A stretch of 64,000 nucleotides of DNA from NCBI GenBank assembly GCA_965222115.1, contig CBDCTJ010000007.1, positions 1,792,001 through 1,856,000 on the forward strand, written 5' to 3'. The number at the start of each line of letters is the position of its first letter. The first letter of the stretch is position 1. Positions 16,862 to 27,800 of this stretch are shown piece by piece. This DNA is from Planctomycetota bacterium. GTDB lineage: Bacteria; Planctomycetota; PLA2; JAEUHO01. Both the position numbers and the translations under genes were made by a program. The notes below the pieces were generated by a model. The model was given only the letters and a program-made list of their open reading frames with translations. It had not been told where the DNA came from and did no database searches.

Positions 16862-17641
16862 ATGCGCGCTGCACGTCATCAACCTAAAGAAATTTGCCCA
16901 GCGCGCGCTCCTCAGGCGATTGGGCGTCCACGTGCGAGCGTTTTTGTTTGTGCACTCCTGCTCGGTCCGTTGTTTGCCGTCGTTCCATCCGCAACTACCG
17001 ATGCCGAAGCCGCCCCAGTTACTCGTACTCGCGCTGCCTCCCTTGCGGCTTCTCTGCGTCGGCAAGTGCTACAAAAGGTCGAATTCAAGGATGCGCCGCT
17101 TCTCGACGTTGTGAAATGGCTCCGAATTGCTACCGGAAAGCACATCTTGGTTAAGCACGCCGCACTGGCGAAGGCGGGAATTGATCCGGGAGAAGTACGA
17201 TTTACCGCCACACTGGAGCGAGTCACGGTTGTCACGCTGTTGCGCGTTTGGCTTCGCCCGCACAATCTCTCCGCCATTGTAAAGGGCAATATTCTCTACA
17301 TCACGACCAAGAAGGACTCGGTCGGCAAACCCATTACGCGCATGTATGGCATTGCGCACCTGACCTACACCAAGACCGACTTTATTGCGCCTCGTCTCGA
17401 TTTGCCGTCCAACAATGACACCATTGAAGATCGGCCCACCGAAGTGCCCGTTGAGGATGATCCACTCACCGACGCCGACGCCGTGGCCGAACTCATCAAG
17501 AAGCTCGTCGATCCCAAGGGGTGGGAAGAAAATGACGACTGGACCATCTCCGGCACAAAGACCTACATTCTCGTTCGCGCGCCGCGCCACGTGCACCGCC
17601 AGATGCTTGGGGCGCTGGGTCGCATCGCATCGATGAAGTAA
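16862..17641 (+). CDS. Secreted protein with secretin/STN N-terminal-like domains
   Basis: Signal peptide; VEFKDAPLLDVVKWLR, ILYITT, TRMYGI, ILVRAPRHVHRQM; no secretin beta-barrel. Confidence 0.6.
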   Translation: MRAARHQPKEICPARAPQAIGRPRASVFVCALLLGPLFAVVPSATTDAEAAPVTRTRAASLAASLRRQVLQKVEFKDAPLLDVVKWLRIATGKHILVKHAALAKAGIDPGEVRFTATLERVTVVTLLRVWLRPHNLSAIVKGNILYITTKKDSVGKPITRMYGIAHLTYTKTDFIAPRLDLPSNNDTIEDRPTEVPVEDDPLTDADAVAELIKKLVDPKGWEENDDWTISGTKTYILVRAPRHVHRQMLGALGRIASMK

Positions 17642-17704
17642 ATCTCCTCGGCGGCGCGCGGGAACCCCATTCGGCATTCGCCCACCGACGGGTATCATCC
17701 TCGC

Positions 17705-18283
17705 GTGAACCCCGATGCCCCCTCGTCCGGTACACCCAGCAAGCGCAGTGGCGGTACCGACACACGCTCGTCCACCACGAATGACTCTGAATTGAGCGCG
17801 GACGGCCAGAAGGTGATTGAACAGGCGCTGGCCGAATTTGAGGTGTTTCTACGGGCCAAACGCCTCAAGATGACTGAGCAGCGGCGCAAGATGATCTCCA
17901 CGGCGCTCTCTCAGGGTGGGCACTTCACCGCCGAAGATCTCTACCACGAACTCGCGCGCATGGAGCAGTCGGTATCGATGGCCACCGTCTATCGAGGGTT
18001 GGCGTTGCTGGAAGAGGCCAACCTGCTCGAGGGCCACGATTTCGATGACGGATTGCGACGGTACGAGCGCCTGCTGGACCGCGAGCATCACGATCACATG
18101 ATTTGCATGGATTGCCGCGCGGTGCTTGAGTTCCAGGATGACGAGATTGAGGCACTGCAACACGCCGCCGCAGAGCGTCACGGCTTCACCTTGGAAGATC
18201 ATCGCCTCGTGCTCTATGTGCGGTGTCCGGATGCGGAGCAGCCCGACGACTGCACACGTCGTGATGCCATGCGAACCGAGTAG
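17705..18283 (+). CDS. fur: Fur family transcriptional regulator
   Basis: KMTEQR, HFTAEDLY, SMATVYRGL, HHDHMICMDC; subfamily (Fur/Zur/PerR) not resolved. Confidence 0.9.
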   Translation: MNPDAPSSGTPSKRSGGTDTRSSTTNDSELSADGQKVIEQALAEFEVFLRAKRLKMTEQRRKMISTALSQGGHFTAEDLYHELARMEQSVSMATVYRGLALLEEANLLEGHDFDDGLRRYERLLDREHHDHMICMDCRAVLEFQDDEIEALQHAAAERHGFTLEDHRLVLYVRCPDAEQPDDCTRRDAMRTE

Positions 18284-18292
18284 CACACAAGC

Positions 18293-18790
18293 GTGATGGC
18301 GGCACCGGACGATGCCATGCATGAGGGCGAAGCATCTGGGCGTCATGAGTCATTCATGCGCGAGGCGTTGGAAGAGGCTCATCAGGCTGCGGCGGTAGGG
18401 GAGATCCCGGTGGGCGCCGTTGTGGTGCATCGCGGGCAGGTAATTTCCCGCGCGCACAACGCACGCGAACTCGGCAATGATCCAACGGCCCATGCGGAAA
18501 TTTTGGTCATGCGCCACGCCGCGGAACTTCTACGGCAGTGGCGTTTGATTGAATGCACGCTCTACGTCACGCTCGAACCGTGTTTCATGTGTGCCGGCGC
18601 AATCGTGAACGCGCGCGTGGATACGGTGGTCTTCGGTGCGTTTGATCCCAAAGCCGGTGCCGTGGGTAGCCTTGCGAATGTTCTGGCGGATTCGCGACTC
18701 AATCATCGTCCTCATGTCGTGGGTGGCGTCTTGGCAGAGCCGTGCGGCGAGGTCTTGCGCGAGTTTTTCCGTAGTCGACGCAAGAAGTAG
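18293..18790 (+). CDS. tadA: tRNA adenosine(34) deaminase
   Basis: GEIPVGAVVV, DPTAHAEI, LYVTLEPCFMCAGA, DPKAGA. Confidence 0.95.
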   Translation: MMAAPDDAMHEGEASGRHESFMREALEEAHQAAAVGEIPVGAVVVHRGQVISRAHNARELGNDPTAHAEILVMRHAAELLRQWRLIECTLYVTLEPCFMCAGAIVNARVDTVVFGAFDPKAGAVGSLANVLADSRLNHRPHVVGGVLAEPCGEVLREFFRSRRKK

Positions 18791-18918
18791 TGCGCACTCA
18801 AGGGCGTCTACAAGCGTTGAACTCCCGAACGCATTCACCCCCCGAATCCGAAGCTGAATCATAATCCTTTTCTCAACCCTTTCCTTCTTCGCTTTCTTCT
18901 TCTCCGAACGTAACTCGT

Positions 18919-19752
18919 CTACTTTTCCATCCCCGGAAACATCATTGTCGTAAGTGCTTCGCGCACACTCTCCGTAGCAGTCGGCGCAACAACCATCGCA
19001 ATATGTGTTTCACTTGTTCTTACGGACCAGGATGCAAGATCTGCATTCAAACTACCGCGTTCCAGCAACCTTGGATCGGACTTGAACTCAAGCACACCAA
19101 ATGCGCCATGCGGCCCCTCATAGAGCAACCACGCTGCAGGCACTACCAGCTCACCGAGTTGCACTTGTCGTACTTGAGTGTTCGCCAACGCGTACTTGGG
19201 TGGAATGACCCTGGGCTTCGTTAGCGAAAATCCGAGTTTCTTTTCGATTGGGTCTTTCGAAGCGCCAAACGATGGCGCGCCCGGCTTGGATGTTCCACCT
19301 GTGCCACGTGCCTTCAATCGGCCGCGCGTAAGTGTTACGCCCGGTGCAGGATCAGGCATGCCTTCCCTGATTTCAGCTAGCGTACGAATCGGCATGGCGG
19401 CAGGCATACCTGGCGGAATTGGTGGAGTGCCGTCTGACGCATCGGTCGCCGGCGGAGGCATCAAACGTTGCTTACTCCGATTCATGATCGCCAATCCAGC
19501 CGCTATCCCAATCAGCGTGCATGCCGCCGCGGCGAACACCTTCTTTGACCACCATGGGCGCTTGACCGACGGAGGAGCGGGAACGTCAAAAATTGGTGTT
19601 GTTACGGCACGAAGTCGATCAACCCATTGCGCGAGTTCGTCGCGTTCCAGCACATCACGATCGGGATCGATGTGGGTCGTGCCGGGAAAGTGTTCGCCGA
19701 GGGCGATGGAGATGTCGCGTTCCCAGTCAGTGATTGGGGCCCTAGATGTCAC
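18919..19752 (-). CDS. Putative membrane-anchored anti-sigma factor
   Basis: Overlaps the stop of the upstream ECF sigma; single TM (VFAAAACTLIGIAAGLAIM) then extracytoplasmic domain. Confidence 0.6.
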   Translation of the reverse strand: MTSRAPITDWERDISIALGEHFPGTTHIDPDRDVLERDELAQWVDRLRAVTTPIFDVPAPPSVKRPWWSKKVFAAAACTLIGIAAGLAIMNRSKQRLMPPPATDASDGTPPIPPGMPAAMPIRTLAEIREGMPDPAPGVTLTRGRLKARGTGGTSKPGAPSFGASKDPIEKKLGFSLTKPRVIPPKYALANTQVRQVQLGELVVPAAWLLYEGPHGAFGVLEFKSDPRLLERGSLNADLASWSVRTSETHIAMVVAPTATESVREALTTMMFPGMEK

Positions 19753-20302
19753 GTTGGCCCTCCTTGGGTTCGGGCGCAAAATCCTTGAGTGCGCGCTTCA
19801 TTCGTTTGAGCCCTGCGGCACATCTACGTGCGGCCGTATCGGGCGAGGTGGCCAACCATTCGGCTATCTCAACCCACGACGATTCGGCCCATACCTTCAG
19901 GCACACGGCGAGACGCTCTTCGTAATCGAGACTGTCCAACGCACTTCGAATTGCATCGCTGAACTCGGCATCCAGCCGTTGCGTGTCGTCGTGAATAGTG
20001 GCGTCGCGAATGACGCGTGGGTCTCTTAGCGCCCTGCGCTCTACCGACAATCGCTTCCAGCGATTCACTACCGCGTTATGCGCCGTGCGGATCAACCATG
20101 ACCATGGCGCTTGCGCGTTGCGCACGTGTTTCCAGTTGCGATGCACGGCCATGCAAACTTCTTGAAACACATCTTCGGCGTCCAGCGTCGATGCGCACAC
20201 AAAGGTTAAGTAGCGACTCAAGCGTGGCGCAATGAACTCCAGGTAGGGTCCTGCCGTCGTTGCTTGTAAATGCGCAGTCATTGACGGTCGTAGTGCAGTC
20301 AA
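19742..20302 (-). CDS. ECF RNA polymerase sigma factor
   Basis: DAEDVFQEV, WLIRTAHN, LDSLDYEERLAV, SWVEIAEWL. Confidence 0.9.
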   Translation of the reverse strand: MTALRPSMTAHLQATTAGPYLEFIAPRLSRYLTFVCASTLDAEDVFQEVCMAVHRNWKHVRNAQAPWSWLIRTAHNAVVNRWKRLSVERRALRDPRVIRDATIHDDTQRLDAEFSDAIRSALDSLDYEERLAVCLKVWAESSWVEIAEWLATSPDTAARRCAAGLKRMKRALKDFAPEPKEGQRDI

Positions 20303-20316
20303 CGAGTTTCAGTGAT

Positions 20317-21660
20317 TTACGAGCCAGAGGCGACCGATTGGCCAAGAATCACCGCCGCCTGCTTATACGCGGCCTTGACTGGGATCATGCGTTTGCGAGT
20401 GTAGTCGCTATCTCGTAGCTCAATCTTCGTTGCATCGGCATACAGCGCACCGCGCTCTAGTGCATCGTAGATCTCAACGAGCGCCTTCAATGCGTTCTTG
20501 GCACCCTCGTGTTTCGGATGCCCCCTCACCAGAGCAACGGCCGGTTCAATGAACCGCAGGAGCGAGCGCGGGTTGCGAACGTAGCTACGTGTTGCAGGCC
20601 CCTGAGACTTGACACGTTCCAAGACAACCTGCCGTGCGTGTTCGGGCATACGATCGAGCCCCTTCGGTGGGATGCGAGGCTCCTTGGCAGGCAACACAAG
20701 CCGATCGTCTACGGTCTTCCGCTCGTCAACAAGGGCGAGCAGTGCATCGGCAAACTTGTCGGCTTCCGCTTCAGTCCACGTGCTCCGAAGATACTGAGAG
20801 GGCGTGCGCTCCCAATGTAGCGCCACGTAATAGCGCCCTTGCCAGCGTGTCTTGGCGTCGCTTTCCGCTTCCGCAAGATCGTCGATCCATGTCGTGTCGC
20901 CCCACGAAAGGCGGATGTCGTGCTCTTTGGTGGGTTCGAGATCGGTAAACGTCCACTCCAATCGATCGTCAAAGCGCTTGCCGGAAACCTTGAAGCGAAT
21001 GGAGCGCAGATGATCAAACGTGATGCCGTCTGCGCAGCGAAGCGTTAGTTTGCCTTTGCCGATGAGGCCCTTCCAAGGCGAACCGGAATGCAAGATATAG
21101 CCGGTGAAGCCCGTGCGCTGATGGCCCATGCGTGTAAGTGCAACGGTGTAACGAACAATATGTGTGCTCGTATTCTTGCCTGCGTAGGGAGCCGTCCACA
21201 CATACCAGAAGTCATTTCTATTCATGCCGGGCCGAGGCCGCCGTGGCTTGAGGCGATCCACGATCTTCTTAGCGACTGACTCGCCCTTATTTACGAGTTT
21301 TGCCGGAATGTTTTTGCCATCCACTTCGACGCTGAATGCAGTCACGTTCTCAAATGCACCGAAGGGAAAGCCTGTTTCAAGCCGTGTCGCTTCACCGGGG
21401 TTGTGCATAGAGAACGTCGCGACGACCTCAAGCGTGGCGCTCCACTTGTCCTTGCCGCGCAATGTGAGCGACACATCTTCGGCGGCCATGGAGATCTCGA
21501 TTCCTTCCATGTCCTTACCCATGGGGCGCGGACCACTGCCGTATTGGGTGGGCTTGGGTCCAATGTCGGCCAGGGCATCATGCGAACTCGACAATGCGAA
21601 TGTAATGGTGACTAGCAGTGTCAACACGAGCGAACGAAAGGGGCGTCGAACGAAGCGCAT
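20317..21660 (-). CDS. Secreted protein with DUF4424-like N-terminal domain
   Basis: AAGGAGG RBS; signal peptide ending ALA-D; ISMAAEDVSL, GFP, FSVEVDG, YILHSGSPWKGLIG. Confidence 0.65.
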   Translation of the reverse strand: MRFVRRPFRSLVLTLLVTITFALSSSHDALADIGPKPTQYGSGPRPMGKDMEGIEISMAAEDVSLTLRGKDKWSATLEVVATFSMHNPGEATRLETGFPFGAFENVTAFSVEVDGKNIPAKLVNKGESVAKKIVDRLKPRRPRPGMNRNDFWYVWTAPYAGKNTSTHIVRYTVALTRMGHQRTGFTGYILHSGSPWKGLIGKGKLTLRCADGITFDHLRSIRFKVSGKRFDDRLEWTFTDLEPTKEHDIRLSWGDTTWIDDLAEAESDAKTRWQGRYYVALHWERTPSQYLRSTWTEAEADKFADALLALVDERKTVDDRLVLPAKEPRIPPKGLDRMPEHARQVVLERVKSQGPATRSYVRNPRSLLRFIEPAVALVRGHPKHEGAKNALKALVEIYDALERGALYADATKIELRDSDYTRKRMIPVKAAYKQAAVILGQSVASGS

Positions 21661-21782
21661 GGTGGCCTCCTTGAGGTGAGTTTTCATTGGTAAAGACAAT
21701 CTGGCCTTCCCAATCGCGCACGAATTCTTGAAAATTGCCACCCAGCCTCCACCGAGCCCAGCTATTTGGGCCAGCATCGCGC

Positions 21783-21811
21783 TTGACGCCCATACCTCAC
21801 GCCCCTACCGT
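21783..21811 (+). promoter_or_regulatory. Putative sigma70 promoter of tRNA-Ser
   Basis: TTGACG-N17-TACCGT followed by GC-rich discriminator. Confidence 0.6.
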
Positions 21812-21826
21812 GCGCCGTTCCGCCGC

Positions 21827-21916
21827 GGAGAGATGCCGGAGCGGTCGAACGGGCCGGTTTCGAAAACCGGTGAACCCCTTGGGGTTCCCAGGGTTCAAAT
21901 CCCTGTCTCTCCGCCA
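21827..21916 (+). tRNA. tRNA-Ser(CGA)
   Basis: GGAGAGATGCCGGAGCGGTCGAACGGGCCGGTTTCGAAAACCGGTGAACCCCTTGGGGTTCCCAGGGTTCAAATCCCTGTCTCTCCGCCA; long variable arm. Confidence 0.97.
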
Positions 21917-21927
21917 TCCATAAATTC

Positions 21928-22074
21928 GGCGGGCAGAGCCCGCCTCTTATGGCCGGCGGAGAACTCCGCCGTGTCTATGTGGGGGAGACCCCACACCCCG
22001 TTCATGCCGGGTTGCGCCCGTCATGCGCGGGGTAGCCCCGCGAATCCTGTGGGGGGAAACCCCCCACACCCCCC
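21928..22074. repeat. Cluster of GC-rich hairpins including two related TGTGGGG-GNRA-CCCCACACCCC units (REP-like)
   Basis: Hairpins near 21928-21944, 21955-21970, 21978-21995, 22026-22042 and 22048-22068. Confidence 0.65.
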
Positions 22075-22346
22075 ATTCTGAAGGCCGTTGGGGGCGTACT
22101 GGGGTAGGCCGACTTCTAGATCGGATGAACGGCGGTGTTGGTGTGCGGTGAGCTCCTGTTTGGAAAGTCCGGGCCCACGGAATAGTCCGCCGTGCATACT
22201 GGCGGACGCTGAGGGCACCAGTGGTCGAGCAGCGAAGCGATGATCGGATGCGTTGCGTGGAATTCGTCGAGGCGTGATTGTGATGGGGGGTGCGTCGGAA
22301 ACGGCTTAGAAATCGAAAACGCGGAGACGTTTGACGGTGCCCAGGC

Positions 22347-22781
22347 TTAACTCAAGCATGCAAAGAACGTGAGGATGTAGAGCGGCCCTGCGATTGAAGC
22401 AATAAAATAGATCGTTGCGTGGCGGACGAGGGCACGCGCGAGCACCCCGGGAAGAATGCCGAAGAACATGCCCCAGAATCCATAAAGGACTAGTAGGCTT
22501 GAGTCAATTATCCATAGTCCCACTGCTCCGGTACATCCGGCCACCGCGTGTAGCAACGCGAGTATGCAAACGATCCGATAATCGGAATACTTGTACTTCT
22601 GCGGGCGAAGCTTGGCAGTGCCAAGTGAAAGGGCGCCCGCATAGATCGAGATGGGTGCAAACAGCAGAGCGACGCTCTCAAAGCGGCCGGGCAATGCGCA
22701 GAGTAGCGTTGCGAATGCGCATGCCGCGTAGAGCACCACGGCGGCGAGGCGAATCAGCGGCGAGTGCTCACTGCCAGGCAT
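22347..22781 (-). CDS. Hypothetical small integral membrane protein
   Basis: 144 aa with 4-5 hydrophobic segments. Confidence 0.55.
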   Translation of the reverse strand: MPGSEHSPLIRLAAVVLYAACAFATLLCALPGRFESVALLFAPISIYAGALSLGTAKLRPQKYKYSDYRIVCILALLHAVAGCTGAVGLWIIDSSLLVLYGFWGMFFGILPGVLARALVRHATIYFIASIAGPLYILTFFACLS

Positions 22782-23019
22782 ATTGAATCCAATCGTGGCC
22801 TCGAAGACGAACGGTGGGCAGGTTACTCGTCCTTCCCTCGATTTGGTACAAGCGAGCTACGTTGCGTTGTTTCGCAGGACATCTTGCGGTCGTTACGCAC
22901 GACGAGGGCCCAATGTACGATCGCTGCTCCGACTGCCAACGCGGGTTGTATGGGTGCTGGGGCAATCGCACAGTCGACAGCCGTTTCTTGATATATTTGG
23001 GCACGTCTGGAGTGTTGAC

Positions 23020-24705
23020 ATGTCGATTCGCGATCGGCGGCAAGCGATCATTGGTACATTGATTCTCGTTGTCATCGCGGTTCCCGCGTTCGTTCTCTCC
23101 GGGCCCAACGTTTCATCGAACCCTAATGCGCCATCAGCTTCAACGACGGATGGCGAGATGCAGGATGGCGCTCCCATCTTAAGAGGCCGCGCGGATCGAA
23201 CTGTCGATGCAAATGACCGACATTCTGAGGCTGTCTCAGGCAAATCGCAGAGTGGCAACGCAGGTACTGTTTCAGGACTTGTAACGCATGTCGACGTGAA
23301 GGGGCAGGTTGTTGTGCCCGGTGGTCGCCGCGTGAGTGATGTTCACGTGAGAATTATTCAACTTAAGCGAGGTAGTCTTGGATTTGAGAGGTGGGAAGAC
23401 AGCGATCAACAGATTTCGCTGGACGAAGAGGGGCACTTCGCGGCTCGGATGCCACTGTTTCCCATTTCCAGAATTGTCGTGTCGGTATCGGGTCGCGACG
23501 TAGTCGTTCGCAGCATTTGGGGGTCGTCAAATGATGGTGCGGCTCATGACTTGGGGGCGATTGAGATCCCGAGGGTAAGGCAGCTCAAGGTCCGGGTGCA
23601 TGGGCTCGGAACGTCAGCCGTTGCCCCGGTACTGCAAGATGACGAGGACTACCACGAGCGAATTTCGCTCAAAGGCCGGGTCGTGTTCGGAAGGCGCGGT
23701 GATACGTGGACGGTCGTTGAGACTCTCGGGACGCAAGAGCGTGAACATGACGACGGTGCGAAGGACTATGTGTTTCATGTAACCACTGATGGCCCATACG
23801 ATTTCCGGTTACGTAGAGAGTTCGGGCACGCACTAGCGACAACGTTTCGAATCGCAGCGTACGAGTCGCCAGACTTCATACACGAATGGCATGTGAATGC
23901 AGTGCGACTGCGCATTGATCGGGCCGCGCTGGGCGAAAGCGTGGAAACGATGGATGCCTCGGTTCAAATTGAAACTGAGGGAGAGCGCAGGCGCTCGGCC
24001 CACTTCCCCGGTTCGTCTATTTCCGAACTCTTGCTGCCTCCGAGGCGGGATGTGATGTTGACGTGGCAGTGCAAGTTTGGGACGTATCGAACGACGTTAA
24101 GAACACCTGAAGCGGGTCAGCTTGTGACGTGGCGATTGAAAACGGGCGAACCTACCGGTTCGCTCCGAACGTTCATTCGACGCTCAAGCGATGCGACGTT
24201 GAGGTGGTTTGAAGTCTACCTAGAGATGGTTGATGCCGAGCCTCTGCGGAGTTGGCGATATACGTTCAATCGCGGCGAACATGTTGTGACGATCAACGAC
24301 CTCCCCGTGGGTAAGTACGTTGGCGTCTTTACGGCCTACTACGAAGAAATTGCCGGTGCCAGCATTGCGTCTGATGTGTCTGTTGAAATTCGGCAAGGTG
24401 AACACGCGACGATCACGCCTCAGTTGGTTGCTGAGGCGACGGTCACAGGAGAAGTCAAGATTTCATTGAATAAGAACGATCGAGGAGCGCGGTCGCCCGT
24501 TCGCGTAACGCTTTGGAGTGTCAAAGCGCCGGATGCTATCCTCGATGATTCAATGTGCTCAAGCGCCGTCTACGAAAAGAGCCTTCGCCCCGGTCGCTAT
24601 GTGATTCGTCTTGAGGCAAAGGCGTATGAATCGACGGAGCGACGATTTGAAGTGCGACCCGGTGAAACATCGCGCGTGAGGTTCCAGTTGAAGTCAATAG
24701 ACTGA
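23020..24705 (+). CDS. N-terminally anchored protein with carboxypeptidase-regulatory-like/PEGA beta-sandwich domains (paralog 1)
   Basis: Start ATG 23020; TM, linker with APILRG, NDLPVGKY, LRPGRYVIRLEAKAY, EVRPGETSRV. Confidence 0.75.
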   Translation: MSIRDRRQAIIGTLILVVIAVPAFVLSGPNVSSNPNAPSASTTDGEMQDGAPILRGRADRTVDANDRHSEAVSGKSQSGNAGTVSGLVTHVDVKGQVVVPGGRRVSDVHVRIIQLKRGSLGFERWEDSDQQISLDEEGHFAARMPLFPISRIVVSVSGRDVVVRSIWGSSNDGAAHDLGAIEIPRVRQLKVRVHGLGTSAVAPVLQDDEDYHERISLKGRVVFGRRGDTWTVVETLGTQEREHDDGAKDYVFHVTTDGPYDFRLRREFGHALATTFRIAAYESPDFIHEWHVNAVRLRIDRAALGESVETMDASVQIETEGERRRSAHFPGSSISELLLPPRRDVMLTWQCKFGTYRTTLRTPEAGQLVTWRLKTGEPTGSLRTFIRRSSDATLRWFEVYLEMVDAEPLRSWRYTFNRGEHVVTINDLPVGKYVGVFTAYYEEIAGASIASDVSVEIRQGEHATITPQLVAEATVTGEVKISLNKNDRGARSPVRVTLWSVKAPDAILDDSMCSSAVYEKSLRPGRYVIRLEAKAYESTERRFEVRPGETSRVRFQLKSID

Positions 24706-24836
24706 GTAATACGCTGAGTTCGCGGTTGCAGTAATGCTGTGTCGTCCAAACGATTTCGAGAAACGAAGATCGCCGCACGCCCATTGAGATGGCGTGCGGC
24801 GATCAGGCACGAATGGCGCACACGAGAGCGCGATAC

Positions 24837-27800
24837 CTAGTTCGTCTTCCGTAGCGTAATGCGTACGCCGTCGGTGCCTGCCTCAATGCCCGTTCTCTCC
24901 CCGAGAGCCATCGGCTTCAAGTATCGACGTCCGATGACCTTGTAGCGGCCCGGTGGCAGACCTCGGATCGTGAACGTGCCATTCTGCTTATCAAGCTGTC
25001 CACCAGCGTGCCATGGGTCCTGCCCTTCGGCCTCGACGGAGATGGCGACGTTGTCCAGCCCATCGCCGTCGCCGTCCACGATGCCGGAGATGGCGTTGCC
25101 CTCAACGAGACGAAGTACAACGTCATGTTTCGCGCCACGCATGGGTTCGGAACGCGCATAGCGCGTATATAGGCTGCTTTGCGCCGCAAATACAATGGCG
25201 CTTCCGTCGGCGATCGTGTTCATCGTCCACGAGCCGTCGCTCTTCGGACGCGTACTACCGATGAGCTTTCCGGCGCGATACGCTGTGACGCGCCACGAGT
25301 TTGCCTCGTCCGCTGGCATACCGACGATCCTTCCGCCCATGCTGATCGTCTTCGGAAGTTGAATGCGGATCCCGGTCTTGGGCGCGACGACTTCGATGGG
25401 ATCTGGTGCCGCTTGTCCTTGCGAGCGCATGACGTTGACCAGATAGGTCTCGGCCTTCAGGCCCGCGATTTTCCATCGTCCTTTCGAGTCGGTTCGCACC
25501 CAACCGGCGTGTTCCTTGGACTTCTTCGTTTGTGCAGTCACGAACCTCTGTGTGACGGGCTCCCCGTCGGCGTCAATGACTACACCCTCAAGCGCGAGCC
25601 CCGAGCCGATTTTGATGACGAGATCATCCGTACCGGGCGCGACATCATGCACCGTTGTTGGCGCAAAGGTCTGACCACCCTGGTGGTTCCAGACTTGAAG
25701 GGTCAGATTGCAGCGCACATGTTCCGGAATACCTTCGATAACGAAACTACCGTCCGCTTGGACTTGACCGCTCGAGCTGCCCCGCATCGTCGCGCCGCTG
25801 GCTTTCCAGTTCGCGCTGACGTTGCCTTGCTTCAGCGGCTCGTCATCCGGACCGAGCGCTGTTCCCTTAATCGCGACGCCTCGCGAGAGTTCAATGCGCA
25901 CGTCGGTCGTACCGGCTTTCACCTGACGTCGGGGCGGTCGGACATAGCCGGGCGGCCTTGAAAGATGGACATTGCGCATACCCTTCCGAAGCCCGCCAAC
26001 GGAGAACCGACCGTCCGGACCTGTGACCGAGTCGGTTTCGCCGACGCGAAGTGGCAGCCCGGGTACGCCCTTGCCTTTCTCGTCGACCACGATGCCTGAT
26101 ATTTCCATGCCAGCGCGGAGCTTGATGACCACAGTCCCGCTCGGGTCATCGACCTTCTTCGACTCGGGCATGAGATTGAGCGGCTTTCCAGATGCATCGC
26201 GCGCCGACGCGACTCTCACCGTAAAGGGCGGTGCGCCGCTTACCCGATGGGTGAACTCCCCGTTCATGACATCGAATCCGCGGGAGCCGCTCACTTCGAT
26301 GAAGGCGTTTGCGCTGCGTGAGTCATTCACACCCGCGATCGAAACAGAGCAGACGGGGATCAGCTTGTCGTTTGGCCCAATGATCCGGCCTTGAATTGTC
26401 GCGGTCTCTGGCTCTTCGTAGACGATGCGAACGTCGGTTGCGGGCGCTTCGAAGGGTTCGCCGAGCTTTGTCGACTGGCCCGAGTTCAAAATGATCAGTT
26501 GCACACGACCCTTCTTGGCGCCCTTGAATGCGAACTTTCCTTCTTTGTCCGAACGCCCCTGCAGCCAAGCCCCGCCATTCAGCCCTTGCAACATGAGCTG
26601 TTGGTTTTTGACGGGCTTTCCTTCGGGATCCACGAGAACGCCCGTCACTTCGACGCCCTCGGCGATTGTGATTTCGATACCCTCTCGCACCTCGCCCGGC
26701 TTCACGTCGACGATCTGCTTGGGCGTACCCTGCCTTCCCTGCATCCAAACGTTGATGGTCCAGTCGCCGGCGGGGACGCCCGTGAGCTCGAACGTGCCGT
26801 CCGCACCGACTCTCTTAGAACCTTGCTCTCCGGCCAACTCGCTGCCATTGCCCCAGAAACTAATCTGTGCCCCTTGGAGTGGTTCACCGTTCGAGTCGAT
26901 CACCTTGCCACGTAGTGTTGCGCCATCGACGAGCTTCAGTATGACTTCCGGGGTCTTCTCGTCTTCGGCAAGCCTGAATGGACTGCTGTACACACCGGCA
27001 TACGGTTGTTTCTTTGCGAAAAGAACCCAGCCAGCCTTAGGCGGCAGGCTCGAGACCTCAAAGCTCCCGTCGGCTTCGGATTTGCCGAGGTTGGTGTTCG
27101 CCCCCGGTTGAATGCCCCACTGCCAGGCAACTTGCTGTAATCCGAAACCGCGTGCGTAAATTTGGGCACTCTCGACACCCGTTCCCTTTGAATCGAGGAC
27201 GCGACCTCGCACCACGTGTCCACGGGCGAGAACCAGATCGCGCTTAAACGCCGAGCCCTCACTGGTGGGGATTACGGTGAGCGTCGAGGGTCCGGTCTGG
27301 ACGCGATTGGGAACGTAGACCTGCTGGCTCGCACCCGGAACCATCTCGGGAAGGTAGTAGCCCTCCTTTTGTGGGACCGCGATGTAGCGGCCGATCGCGA
27401 CGCCCTCAATGCGGTAGATCCCTGCCGCGTCCGTGGTCGTCGATAGGCGGGCTCCCATCGTACCGCCGCGATTGGAGCGGGAGGGGAAGAGCGTGACCTC
27501 GGCGTCTTCAATCGGACGCCCGCTGTCTTTCTCCGTGACGCGTCCCACCACCGTGCCGCCACGGCTCATGGTGAAGTCGAGAGTTAACGTGGCATCATGC
27601 TCGACGGACTTCTCAGTGCACTGGGGCGAGTGCGGACCTAGCTGCAGTGCGAGGAACCCGTCGGCGATGCCGCGGACCCGCGACACCTCTCCGTGAGGTG
27701 CGTTTGCAATGTGGTACGTTCCGTCGGCCGCCGTCAGCGCACGAACCGTCGCAGACGAAGCGCTTTCTTCGTTGTCCATGTTCTTTCCCGACACATGAAT

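Noticed and set aside
22160-22350. GGAAAGTCCGGGC resembles the conserved 5' motif of RNase P RNA
   Set aside because: The downstream universal elements (AGTGCAACAG, GAGCAAG, ACAGAACCCGGCTTA) are absent and the gap is too short
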